This document shows positions 48,501 through 56,816 of a stretch of DNA of 64,000 nucleotides, one piece after another; position 1 is the first letter of the stretch; each line of letters opens with the position of its first letter. This DNA is from Bacteroidia bacterium. Lineage in GTDB: Bacteria > Bacteroidota > Bacteroidia > M30B66. The stretch spans positions 576,001 through 640,000 of the forward strand of contig OZ257142.1 of the NCBI GenBank assembly GCA_965279035.1, read 5' to 3'. The position numbers were made by a program, and so were the translations under genes. Below the pieces are notes generated by a model. The model saw only the letters and a program-made list of their open reading frames with translations. It ran no database searches and was not told the DNA's origin.

Positions 48501-48910
48501 CCTTGTAAAGATGCAGTTACAGCAAAAGTATTTTCGTGACGTTGAATGCCTTTCCAATGCTTTGGAACTTCTTGTAATAGAAGGACTATCTGTTCGTCAA
48601 TCGCTAAATCAATGCGATCAGAAAAAATGTGATCCATTCCATCGACAGTTCCACCTTCGGTTATTAACGTAATGGTGGAAGGTGAATTTCCTTTCCAATC
48701 TTCTAATACTCGAATTTCACTATAAGTATAGATCCGTGTTTTTTGCTCATTCCAATGAGAAACAGTACTGCTAACTTCAGCTAGAACAATGTGCTTGCTC
48801 TCATTCATCACTTGACCAAAGGGCAAGCGAACAAGATTACAATGCATTTCTTGAGCATTTAAACCTAACAATGTGATGAGCGAAAATGCGATGGAGAATA
48901 GATACTTCAT
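45551..48910 (-). CDS. Secreted metzincin (matrixin-like) metalloprotease with IPT/TIG and PKD/Ig-like domains and T9SS type A CTD
   Basis: LTINGSGFG..SWSDAQI (IPT), HEVGHLQQLAH plus EVM Met-turn, Thr/Ser-rich Ig repeats, VYPNPA...GLYFLRV...RFIKE; ATG 48910 preferred. Confidence 0.85.
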   Translation of the reverse strand: MKYLFSIAFSLITLLGLNAQEMHCNLVRLPFGQVMNESKHIVLAEVSSTVSHWNEQKTRIYTYSEIRVLEDWKGNSPSTITLITEGGTVDGMDHIFSDRIDLAIDEQIVLLLQEVPKHWKGIQRHENTFAVTASLQGIYRINKNDFSVQDPFHRFKNLEELQLVVNEHTGSGYRQIHPSLVLPHDHVIGSTAATVSSLSPTNITAGTRSILTINGSGFGAVRGTGFVEFTTASNDFVQPLAKDYVSWSDAQIRVMVPSRLAAGNDFANAAATGQVRVTPAGGTASLSPGSITVPYALFNNFGTPNDTSLIMTLTGQNASGGYTFQFNNQFQTLGVDAIPTFTRVISKWNCATQVNWSISNSTTAVRETGSDGINVITDDVQTPLPPGVAGRGENFIATCGTGTNQKSITVQQDIIFSTAPANFAWNLGAGNAGAGQIDFETVALHEVGHLQQLAHTKNTSAEVMASSISVGASKKNLTQNDINGGRDVMARSTISAQCTFPAHTPAPGIITITSSSTYPTCVGSIISFTASTSNVAPGSVLQWKRNGVNAGQGTILSINNPVNNEVVTCEVSNCFQVVSNPITVTLLQNPAQNIFGSTCLQASGAVTAEYSINDGGFATGTQLAVIIWTLPAGVSFAGQDNTAQVSLNFAPSFTSGQITCEFFSLFCNKTVLGTINVSRSNLATISYTGSFCKTNTTAVNVTRTGVAGGVYSASPNGLNINTSTGAILPSASTPGTYIVRYMVFNNGGCAQFETQTTVTILPSPSAAFSYAQASFCKSNSAQTPTITGVTGGTFTRSPAGLTINATTGVITPSSSTAGTFTVTYTIPASGTCSSVSSTQTVTILNVLPATGAISGTATNACGVTRTYSVATVAGATSFQWTIPPGATPVGSVTGNSITLNIPSNFVTGFLKVKAISPTACTNNESSLLLQGTPASPGTITVGTINIIALTAPVSITAVSGASSYNWTVTGGTIVSGQGSTSIVVHLNSGSTSVTVCVRAVSACGTSAPSCKTFNGPLFSSEEIHSEKAIQETASAFKSIPVVYPNPATDLLTVAFGDDWTSKNIRFELTDITGKLQSANSMQLDNTSLFQISISNLKPGLYFLRVLDSENAQTIRFIKE

Positions 48911-48959
48911 GATTGAATAATTTTCAATCAAAGTAACGTGGATGCGGAAAGCGTGTAAA

Positions 48960-48983
48960 TAGCTAATATTAGCTAGCTAATTA
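48960..48983. promoter_or_regulatory. Perfect 16-bp palindrome TAGCTAATATTAGCTA plus extra half-site; candidate response-regulator box
   Basis: Lies 23 nt upstream of an imperfect -7 element (TTACTTTG, 48929-48936) of the protease gene. Confidence 0.55.
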
Positions 48984-48994
48984 GTAGATGATTT

Positions 48995-49636
48995 TTATAC
49001 CAAACGTTCTTTTAAAGCTTTGGCAACGGCTTCACCCATTGAATGCACGTGTAATTTATCGTAAATATTACGGATATGGGCATTTACTGTATGGTAGCTC
49101 AAATCTGCTTTTGCTGCAATCATTTTATAGCTAAGCCCATCTACGAGTAGAGCAAGAATTTCAACTTCTCGAGCAGTAAGGGTGTAATCTTTTTCGGGTG
49201 TGTTTTTGACTTGTTGCTTGAAGAAAAGGAGCACTCGTTGGGCAATGGCAGGAGTCATTGGCGAACCTCCTTCAACAGCATCGCGAATAGCTTCTATGAT
49301 TTTTTCGGGCGATGCTTTTTTGAGGATATAACCACTTGCTCCAGCCATGATGCTTTCGAAAATCTGATCATCGTCTTCAGAAACAGTTTGCATAATAACC
49401 GCTAACTCAGGATGCTTTTTTCGAATGATAGAAACACCTTGAATGCCATTCACATTCGGCATTTCGATATCCATCAATACTACGTCGGGCTGAGTTTCAT
49501 CGATCACTTCTACTACGCGACTACAATCTTCAAATGCACCACAAAATTCCAAATCGGGATATAGGGAAATTAACACACGTAGACTATCGCGGCGGGGAGC
49601 GCTATCATCGAAAATGATTACCCGAGTTTTTTTCAT
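48995..49636 (-). CDS. NarL/LuxR-family response regulator
   Basis: Receiver DD..PDVVLMDIEMP..GYILK; HTH LTAREVEIL..GLSYKMIA. Confidence 0.95.
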   Translation of the reverse strand: MKKTRVIIFDDSAPRRDSLRVLISLYPDLEFCGAFEDCSRVVEVIDETQPDVVLMDIEMPNVNGIQGVSIIRKKHPELAVIMQTVSEDDDQIFESIMAGASGYILKKASPEKIIEAIRDAVEGGSPMTPAIAQRVLLFFKQQVKNTPEKDYTLTAREVEILALLVDGLSYKMIAAKADLSYHTVNAHIRNIYDKLHVHSMGEAVAKALKERLV

Positions 49637-49671
49637 TCGATAAAAATACCTGCATTCTGTGAACTAACAAC

Positions 49672-52600
49672 TCATTTCGCCTCCCTAATTCTTGCTACGG
49701 GTAAGAGTATGGTAATATGTGTTCCTGAGCCAATTTCAGATTCAATCGTGATTTCACCTTGTAATTCAGCCACACGATTTCGCATGTTCCTAAATCCATT
49801 TCCCCCTTTGGTTTCGATCTGTTGAATGCCTTTACCATTATCTGAAAAAAGCAAAATCAAGGTGTCGTTTTTTAGTTGAACCGAAATGTTGAGTTCATTT
49901 GCTTCGCTGTATTTAGCTGCATTATTGATGATTTCTTTTGCAATAAGGAAGATGTTTTTACGCGCATTCATCCCAATATGCATATCATTGGCAAGCTCAT
50001 TTACATAATGAACTTCCATATCGGATGCTTGCAAAACTTCCATACAATGCACTTTAATTCGGTTGAACAAGCTCTGAAGTGTATCATTATTCGGATTGAT
50101 ACTCCAAACAATATCACTCATTCGATCCATCGTTTCGGATGCGTTTTTATTGATTTGATTTAGTAATTCTGGAACAGAGTCAGGAGAAGCTTGCATGCGC
50201 TCCATAGCAACTTTACTATATATGTTGATACTCGAAAGGGAAGCACCAACATCATCATGCAAATCACTACTAATTGTATTTCTTACGAGTTGTAGCTTTT
50301 TCAATTGATTTAATCGGTACCAATAAATTGCATAAACAATTCCTGTAACACTAAGGATTACTAAAATGCGAAACCACCATGTTTCCCAATAAGGTGCTGA
50401 AATATGAATTTTCAAATGTGTAACATCCGACCAATTTCCACCATCAACGCGTGCCTTCATTTGGAAGTCGTAATCCCCTCCATGCAGATCAGTATAATCG
50501 GCGTAGTTCTTTGTATGAGAAATAATCCAATCATCATTCACTCCAACGAGTTTACTGGCATATTCAATTCTTTCTTTAAACAGGTAAGGGAATGATGAAA
50601 ACTCTATGGTTATGAAATTTTCATTGTAATTAAATTCAAGTTCCCCGTTTGATGGAATGCCAATTTCTTTATCGAATAATTTGATAGAAGTGATGACTGG
50701 TTGTTGGACTAATTGATTCAGTTCCTGTGGCTTAAATCCATAAAAAAAAGTCTTCCAAAAAAACCAAATTCGTCCATCAGGCCCTTTGTATCCTGAACTC
50801 GAAAACAAAGGAACATCTTGAATAAAATCTTGATTTACCACTCGAACAAAACGATCGCTTTTTCTTAAAGAACCAATTCCATTGTTGGTTGTAAATAGGA
50901 TATCTCTATTACCACTATCTAAAATGCGATAAACATAATCACCTACGAGCCCCGTGTGACGGCTCAAGTAGCTCATTGATTCGGTTTTGAAATTCCAAAT
51001 ACACAATCCACCACCATGTGTTCCGATGAAGAGGTTATCGGCATCAGAATGTAAGGCATCTACCACTCCATTAAATCGTGGAAATCGTTTAGTAGTTAAA
51101 TATGGGCTGAATGATTTAATTGTTTCATCCCATTTCCAAACACCATCACCACCGTTAAATCCGATGAACAAACCCTGATTCGATTCATGAATGCAAATCA
51201 ATCCGGATTTAGGCCATCTGATTTCTGGTTTTTTGAAACTCGCATGATAAAACACCTTTCCATTCCAGGTTTCAAAACCAGTTAAATTTCCTTTCCAAGT
51301 GCCAATCCAAAGCCGGCCTTGGGAATCGGTTTGAACAAACTGTAGAATGTCGCGCTTAAAGCTAAAAGCTATGGTATCAGTAAGTTCTCGAAAACGGCTC
51401 ACACCTAAAGTGGTACGGTCAATTTGAAGGATGCCTTCTGAATGTCCAGCTAACAAAATGGAAGTACCTGGTACATCATACAAACAACTCAGTGATTTAA
51501 CATCTATATCGGGCAATTGGAGTTTTTGACGGACTTCGGTTTTTAGATCGCTTCGATATATTCCATCGGAAGCAATTAACCAACATGCAGCGGTATCGAC
51601 AATCAAGGATTTTATCACCCAATCATCAGGAATTCCTGTAAACCAATGTAATTCGTGGTTTTGGGTTTTAGCATTGCGGGCAAAAAGACCATTACTAGTT
51701 CCTATCCATTCGATATTGCGAGAATCGTTTAAGACACAAATCACTTTCACTTTTCCAATATTCCTTGGGTATTCCAAGGTAAATGGTGCAGAATAAAAAC
51801 GTTGATCTTGTGTGGAAATAAAAAAAGAAGCCTCATCCCAAAAGCTAAATAATAATGCTTGATGATCGCTCGAATAAAGCATTCGATTGGGCATTTTTTC
51901 TCCTAGTTGACAGGAAATTCCCCAATCTTTTAGTTGTTTAGTATGAGGATTGAATGAACATATATGAGTCGAAATCTCATCAACTAGCCAAATGGTTTGA
52001 TTATTATCTACTGCAGCTATGGCGAGCCATTCGTGAGTAAAAACCTCCCAATTTTCCGGATTGAAATTTTTTGAGAAGATCTTTCCGGTTTTTGCTTGAT
52101 AATACCAAAGCTCTCCAGCTTGATTTAACCACAAGCCTTGATGTTGGGAATCTTCATATAAAAAAACTTTTAGTACGCTCTTTTCTTTTGAAACACCGGG
52201 GAGTTTAATGGGTTGAAATGCTTGATGGGATGGCGTATACAAGAACATTCCTCCTTCGGTTGTACAAAGTACACTTCCATCGGGATTGACAATCAGTTGG
52301 TTAATCCGATTGGAAGCTGTTATTAAGAACCGATCAACATGCAACTGATAATGCTCAAATGTTTCTTTAATAGGATCAAAAACATCTATGCCCGAACCGT
52401 ATGTGCCAATCCAGATTTTTCCATCGGGTGCTTCTGCCAAACACTTGATTGTATTGCCACAGAGCGAATTTGTGTCAGCGGGATTGTGAAAAAATTGCTT
52501 TACTTGATGTCCATCAAAACGGTTTAAGCCTTCGGAAGTGCCAATCCACAGATACCCATTGGAATCTTCTAAAAGTGCATTACATGTATTGGAAGAAAGT

Positions 52601-52782
52601 CCATCGCTAATCGAAAAACGATGGTAAAACTCCTTGACTGACTGGGCTGGAGCAAGTAAAGCTGTCAATAGAAGACAGAAACAAAAAGTGAAGTGAAGAA
52701 TTTTAGGACGAACTGAATCGTTTTTATTACTGCTTATGAAGTAGGACTTATTAATATTTAAACCATCATCAGGGCAATCCAT
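49672..52782 (-). CDS. Sensor histidine kinase with periplasmic beta-propeller (Reg_prop) and Y_Y_Y domains
   Basis: DGLSSN..EDSNGYLWIGT..GLNRFDG, Y_Y_Y domain, PYWETWWF TM, DLHDDVGASLS, NNAAKY, DNGKG, GNG; true start may be slightly downstream. Confidence 0.93.
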   Translation of the reverse strand: MDCPDDGLNINKSYFISSNKNDSVRPKILHFTFCFCLLLTALLAPAQSVKEFYHRFSISDGLSSNTCNALLEDSNGYLWIGTSEGLNRFDGHQVKQFFHNPADTNSLCGNTIKCLAEAPDGKIWIGTYGSGIDVFDPIKETFEHYQLHVDRFLITASNRINQLIVNPDGSVLCTTEGGMFLYTPSHQAFQPIKLPGVSKEKSVLKVFLYEDSQHQGLWLNQAGELWYYQAKTGKIFSKNFNPENWEVFTHEWLAIAAVDNNQTIWLVDEISTHICSFNPHTKQLKDWGISCQLGEKMPNRMLYSSDHQALLFSFWDEASFFISTQDQRFYSAPFTLEYPRNIGKVKVICVLNDSRNIEWIGTSNGLFARNAKTQNHELHWFTGIPDDWVIKSLIVDTAACWLIASDGIYRSDLKTEVRQKLQLPDIDVKSLSCLYDVPGTSILLAGHSEGILQIDRTTLGVSRFRELTDTIAFSFKRDILQFVQTDSQGRLWIGTWKGNLTGFETWNGKVFYHASFKKPEIRWPKSGLICIHESNQGLFIGFNGGDGVWKWDETIKSFSPYLTTKRFPRFNGVVDALHSDADNLFIGTHGGGLCIWNFKTESMSYLSRHTGLVGDYVYRILDSGNRDILFTTNNGIGSLRKSDRFVRVVNQDFIQDVPLFSSSGYKGPDGRIWFFWKTFFYGFKPQELNQLVQQPVITSIKLFDKEIGIPSNGELEFNYNENFITIEFSSFPYLFKERIEYASKLVGVNDDWIISHTKNYADYTDLHGGDYDFQMKARVDGGNWSDVTHLKIHISAPYWETWWFRILVILSVTGIVYAIYWYRLNQLKKLQLVRNTISSDLHDDVGASLSSINIYSKVAMERMQASPDSVPELLNQINKNASETMDRMSDIVWSINPNNDTLQSLFNRIKVHCMEVLQASDMEVHYVNELANDMHIGMNARKNIFLIAKEIINNAAKYSEANELNISVQLKNDTLILLFSDNGKGIQQIETKGGNGFRNMRNRVAELQGEITIESEIGSGTHITILLPVARIREAK

Positions 52783-52790
52783 TTCAAAAT

Positions 52791-54908
52791 TCAGCTAAGG
52801 ATTTGAAATGCGATAAAGGCCGAAAGCCAAGCCAGTACACCCATGTAAGTAGTTTGAGCTATTGCCCATTTCCAACTTCCCGTTTCACGAATTACTACCG
52901 CTATAGTGCTCATACATTGCATAGCAAAGGCGTAAAATAAAATCAATGCTATAGATGCAGCTGGGCTGAATAATGGCAAGCCTGTTTTGTCATTTACATC
53001 GCTCATCATGCGTTGGCGTAATGTTGATTCATCATCATCGCCTCCGGCTCCATATATCGTAGCCATGGTTCCAACAAAAACTTCCCGAGCGGCAAATGAC
53101 GTAACTAAGGCAATTCCAATTTTCCAATCAAAACCGAGCGGAGCAATAACAGGCTCAATCGTTCTTCCTAAAATACCCGCATACGAATTACGAAGCTTTT
53201 CAGATGAAATCGCATTGGCAGCTTGTTCTTCACCCATTTGCTCAATCACAACCGGATTGGTGTATTTTTTCTCAATTTGCTCAAAACGATCACCCGGTCC
53301 GTAGGAAGACAAAGCCCACAGAAGAATCGAAATAGCAATAATCACCTTTCCTGCATCGCGAATAAAAACCCACACTTTTTCACCCATGGTATGCGCTACT
53401 ACGCCCCATTGAGGCATGCGGTAAACGGGCAGTTCCATGATAAAGTAGCTACGTTCGCGTGAACGGATAATCCATTTTAAAATCCAAGCTGTTCCCAAAG
53501 CAGCTAAAAACCCAAGTAAGTACAAGCCCATCATGATGAGCCCTTTCAAATTGAAAATTCCGATGTGTTTATCAGGAACTGCAATGGCAATGAGCAAAGT
53601 ATAAACTGGCAAACGAGCCGAGCAACTCATGAGCGGTGTGACCAATATGGTAATGAGTCGTTCTTTCCAATTCTTAATCGTTCGTGCCGACATAATTGCC
53701 GGAACAGCGCAAGCAACACCACTGATAAGCGGAATAACCGATTTCCCATTGATACCAAACTTACGCATAAGCCTATCCATGATGAAGCTCACGCGTGCCA
53801 TGTATCCCGAATCTTCGAGTACTGCGATAAAGGCAAATAGGATGGCGATTTGTGGAATAAACATGAGAATTCCGCCTAATCCCGGAATAATTCCCTGAGT
53901 AATTAAATCGTTGAGTTTACCTGACGGAAGTGTTTCTCCAATGAAGGCACCTGATTTCTGAAATAAGCTATCGATGAGATCCATGGGATATTCGGCCCAA
54001 GAAAAGATAGCTTGAAATAGTAAAAACAAAATGGTGAGAAAGGTTAGAAATCCCCAAACCGGATGTGTAAAAACATCATCCAATTTCATCGAAAAACGCA
54101 GAGCTCGAGTGATGGTAACCTGAGCCAGACAGTTTTCGAGAATGGTTTGAATCATTCCATAACGACGAAGAGATTCTTCACTTTGTAATCCAAATGGAGT
54201 AAGATTATCTTCAGCTAATAATTTTCGCAAGTCGGGAAGTGAGCGTTCCGACTGCAAAAGATCGTAGTTCGCAGCTGTTAAGTATGCTTCATATGCGGAA
54301 GAAATTCCGGTGCTTTTCTGTAATTTTTCCATCACACCCGGATGATAATCGGCCGGATTGTCGAAGGTTTTCATCGCCCCAACTTGTACTTGGAAAATGG
54401 CTTGTTTTATTTCGGAGATTCCTTTTTTCTCACGCGCATTCACCTGAATAACTGGAATTCCCAACTCTGCAGCTAAACGAACGGTATCGAGTTTTTGGTG
54501 ACTTCGTTCGAGAATATCAATCATATTCACCGCTAAAATCGCAGGTAAACCAAGATCAATCACTTGGAGACACAGTAATAAAGAGCGTTTCAGATTAGAA
54601 GCATCTGCCACAATCAGCACCATGTCGGGGAAATCGGGCGATTGATGATTCGTTAATACTTTGAATGTTTCGAGCTCGTCGAGCGATTTAGGAAACAAGC
54701 AATACGTTCCCGGTAAATCGATGAAATTAACGGTGCGACGGCTTTTGTCTTTTGGATGAAACATCCGCACTTGCCCAGAGTGCTTTTCAACTGTAACTCC
54801 AGGAAAATTACCCGTTTTCTGATGCAAGCCTGTTAACGCGTTGAAGAGCGTTGATTTCCCACTATTGGGATTTCCTACCAGGGCAATATGAATGGGTCTA
54901 TCTTCCAC
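52791..54908 (-). CDS. feoB: Ferrous iron transport protein B
   Basis: GNPNSGKS, GNFPGVTVE, DLPG, NMID, EDSGYMAR, CAVP, MSCSARLP, AREV. Confidence 0.97.
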   Translation of the reverse strand: MEDRPIHIALVGNPNSGKSTLFNALTGLHQKTGNFPGVTVEKHSGQVRMFHPKDKSRRTVNFIDLPGTYCLFPKSLDELETFKVLTNHQSPDFPDMVLIVADASNLKRSLLLCLQVIDLGLPAILAVNMIDILERSHQKLDTVRLAAELGIPVIQVNAREKKGISEIKQAIFQVQVGAMKTFDNPADYHPGVMEKLQKSTGISSAYEAYLTAANYDLLQSERSLPDLRKLLAEDNLTPFGLQSEESLRRYGMIQTILENCLAQVTITRALRFSMKLDDVFTHPVWGFLTFLTILFLLFQAIFSWAEYPMDLIDSLFQKSGAFIGETLPSGKLNDLITQGIIPGLGGILMFIPQIAILFAFIAVLEDSGYMARVSFIMDRLMRKFGINGKSVIPLISGVACAVPAIMSARTIKNWKERLITILVTPLMSCSARLPVYTLLIAIAVPDKHIGIFNLKGLIMMGLYLLGFLAALGTAWILKWIIRSRERSYFIMELPVYRMPQWGVVAHTMGEKVWVFIRDAGKVIIAISILLWALSSYGPGDRFEQIEKKYTNPVVIEQMGEEQAANAISSEKLRNSYAGILGRTIEPVIAPLGFDWKIGIALVTSFAAREVFVGTMATIYGAGGDDDESTLRQRMMSDVNDKTGLPLFSPAASIALILFYAFAMQCMSTIAVVIRETGSWKWAIAQTTYMGVLAWLSAFIAFQILS

Positions 54909-54914
54909 GAGAAA

Positions 54915-55145
54915 TTAAACGTGTTCTTCGACTAATACGGTTGAAGCTTCTAAAAGCCGAATACTGATAAGTGAACCGGAACAAGCGAATGCTATCGGAT
55001 CTCCTAGCGGAGCTTTGCGAATCATGGTGATGCGCGTGCCGGGAATGCAACCTAATTCGATGAGCTTGAGCGATATTTCTTCGTCGGTAAATCCACGAAT
55101 GATAGCAGATTCGCCAATAGGGACATGAGAAAGATCAGCCGACAT
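54915..55145 (-). CDS. feoA: Ferrous iron transport protein A
   Basis: LIELGCIPG...APLGDPI; directly upstream of feoB. Confidence 0.93.
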   Translation of the reverse strand: MSADLSHVPIGESAIIRGFTDEEISLKLIELGCIPGTRITMIRKAPLGDPIAFACSGSLISIRLLEASTVLVEEHV

Positions 55146-55153
55146 GATTGCTT

Positions 55154-55172
55154 GTTTAGAATGATTCTAATT
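55154..55172. promoter_or_regulatory. Bacteroidota Fur-type box upstream of feoAB
   Basis: GTTTAGAATGATTCTAATT (TTAGAAT-N-ATTCTAA palindrome) between the -7 element (TACTTTCG, 55178-55185) and the feoA start. Confidence 0.75.
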
Positions 55173-55231
55173 AAGTGCGAAAGTACAAATTTCGCGAGGC
55201 AAACTCCGAAATGAGAAAAAGAAAATGTGGC

Positions 55232-55381
55232 TTAGCAGAATGAAGGATTCAAATGCTTCTCCACCATTGCAATACGCTTCTTTTTGTGATGGTCCGGACA
55301 ATCGCATTTCTTTTTAAAGAGCTTGCAACCGGGCGTAACTAGAATGGTAATCAACACAAATAGAGGCAGGATTTTTCTCAT
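55232..55381 (-). CDS. Small putative lipoprotein (49 aa, absent from the ORF track)
   Basis: MRKILPLFVLITILVTPG-CKLFKKKCDCPDHHKKKRIAMVEKHLNPSFC*: basic N-terminus, hydrophobic core, lipobox-like Cys; fills the intergenic gap. Confidence 0.65.
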   Translation of the reverse strand: MRKILPLFVLITILVTPGCKLFKKKCDCPDHHKKKRIAMVEKHLNPSFC

Positions 55382-55415
55382 GATGGAATTAGAACGCGAA
55401 AATTAGGGAATCGTT

Positions 55416-56033
55416 TCAGCGCTGCAAAACTTTAAAGGCAATATCGCGTCCGAGTCCAGAAACAAACGCCAATTTCCCCCAAATCATCGCTAGATTTTCT
55501 AAGGGCAATTCCATCTCAGGTCCACCCACATCAAATGCTCGAAAACCCGCTTCTTTTGCTAATTGTAAAACTGTTTGTTTATCTTCTGGATAACGTCCAC
55601 AGATAAATAAATCGGCTACTTGGTCACCATAGTTGGGATTGTCCATGTTTTCTGCACCAATCATATTAAAAGCCTTCACAATATGATCGTTACCACAAGC
55701 AGCTAAAATGGCTTCAGATGTTCGGTAAAATCCATCAGGCTTTCTGAAAACAGCATTCATCGCGTCAATCAGCAGCTTGCCATCTATATTTCCTAATTGC
55801 TTCACTACATCAAACGTCGCATCTGCAGGAACTGCTAATAAAATTATTTCTGCTTTGGACGCTGCTACTTCAGGCGCATGTGCCGAAATTAATTCGGGAT
55901 TCAATTGTACCAAACTGCGAATCGAATCATTCAAAGGATTTCGAGTTCCAAGAAAAATTCGATGTCCAGCATGTGCCCAAACTTTGGCTAAGCGACCACC
56001 AATGTTTCCAGTACCAATAACTGCTATATTCAT
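55416..56033 (-). CDS. NADPH-dependent F420 reductase-like (F420_oxidored) oxidoreductase
   Basis: IAVIGTGNIG Rossmann motif, LAVP, IDAMN, VKAFN; ATG 56033 preferred. Confidence 0.88.
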   Translation of the reverse strand: MNIAVIGTGNIGGRLAKVWAHAGHRIFLGTRNPLNDSIRSLVQLNPELISAHAPEVAASKAEIILLAVPADATFDVVKQLGNIDGKLLIDAMNAVFRKPDGFYRTSEAILAACGNDHIVKAFNMIGAENMDNPNYGDQVADLFICGRYPEDKQTVLQLAKEAGFRAFDVGGPEMELPLENLAMIWGKLAFVSGLGRDIAFKVLQR

Positions 56034-56108
56034 AAGTATTTCGAACGATTTAACTAAACGAATGTATAAAAATAGAGGCTTAAGCAATCAGATTATTAGC
56101 TTTGTGCC

Positions 56109-56816
56109 ATGCGTTATGTATTGTCTTTTGTGATTCTGTGCATTACAGGAATTGTTTCCCTTGCACAAACCGATAATATGGGAGTGGGAACTTTAACTCC
56201 CGACCCTAGTGCCAAATTAGAGGTAAGCTCAACCAGTAAAGGATTTTTAGCTCCTCGTATGAGTTCGGTTGAGCGATTGGCAATCCTCAATCCCGCTCAA
56301 GGCTTACTTGTTTTCGACCTTACAACTAACACGTTTTGGTATTTTAACTCTGGAAGTTGGACCGAATTAATCACCCAACTACCTGCTGCGCCTTCTACTA
56401 TTTTATTCAGCTCGTTTAGTCAAACCGGAATTGCCGGAAGCGCTGAAGCAATCATGGGATCGTATGTGATTCCAGCTAATACGCTTGATGCAAATGGACA
56501 AGCATTTCTGGTTCATGCATTTGGTTTACTTACAACCGACACCGCTTTAGTTCGACTGAAATTTTCAGGTATTGAGTTGCCTTTCCAAACTTACGGACAA
56601 GGTTTTTGGGAACTCACTTGTCGGGTTTATCGAACATCTGCCAACACGGCGAAATGCGCTGGAACATTGGTTGTGAATGGAAGTTCAAGCACCTTCGTTT
56701 CTCAACCAGCATTGGATTTTAGTGCAGCCATTCCTTTCCAAATTACCGGACAACAAGTTCAGCCTGTGGTCAATGGTGTGAGTATGGAAGGATTTGAAAT
56801 TACTCGAATCCGTTAG
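56109..56816 (+). CDS. Exported hypothetical protein with Bacteroidota 'GIGT.TP..SA.LEV.ST.KG.L.PR' motif
   Basis: Signal peptide, then GVGTLTPDPSAKLEVSSTSKGFLAPRM...PAQGLLVFD; -7 element TAGCTTTG 4 nt before the ATG. Confidence 0.75.
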   Translation: MRYVLSFVILCITGIVSLAQTDNMGVGTLTPDPSAKLEVSSTSKGFLAPRMSSVERLAILNPAQGLLVFDLTTNTFWYFNSGSWTELITQLPAAPSTILFSSFSQTGIAGSAEAIMGSYVIPANTLDANGQAFLVHAFGLLTTDTALVRLKFSGIELPFQTYGQGFWELTCRVYRTSANTAKCAGTLVVNGSSSTFVSQPALDFSAAIPFQITGQQVQPVVNGVSMEGFEITRIR

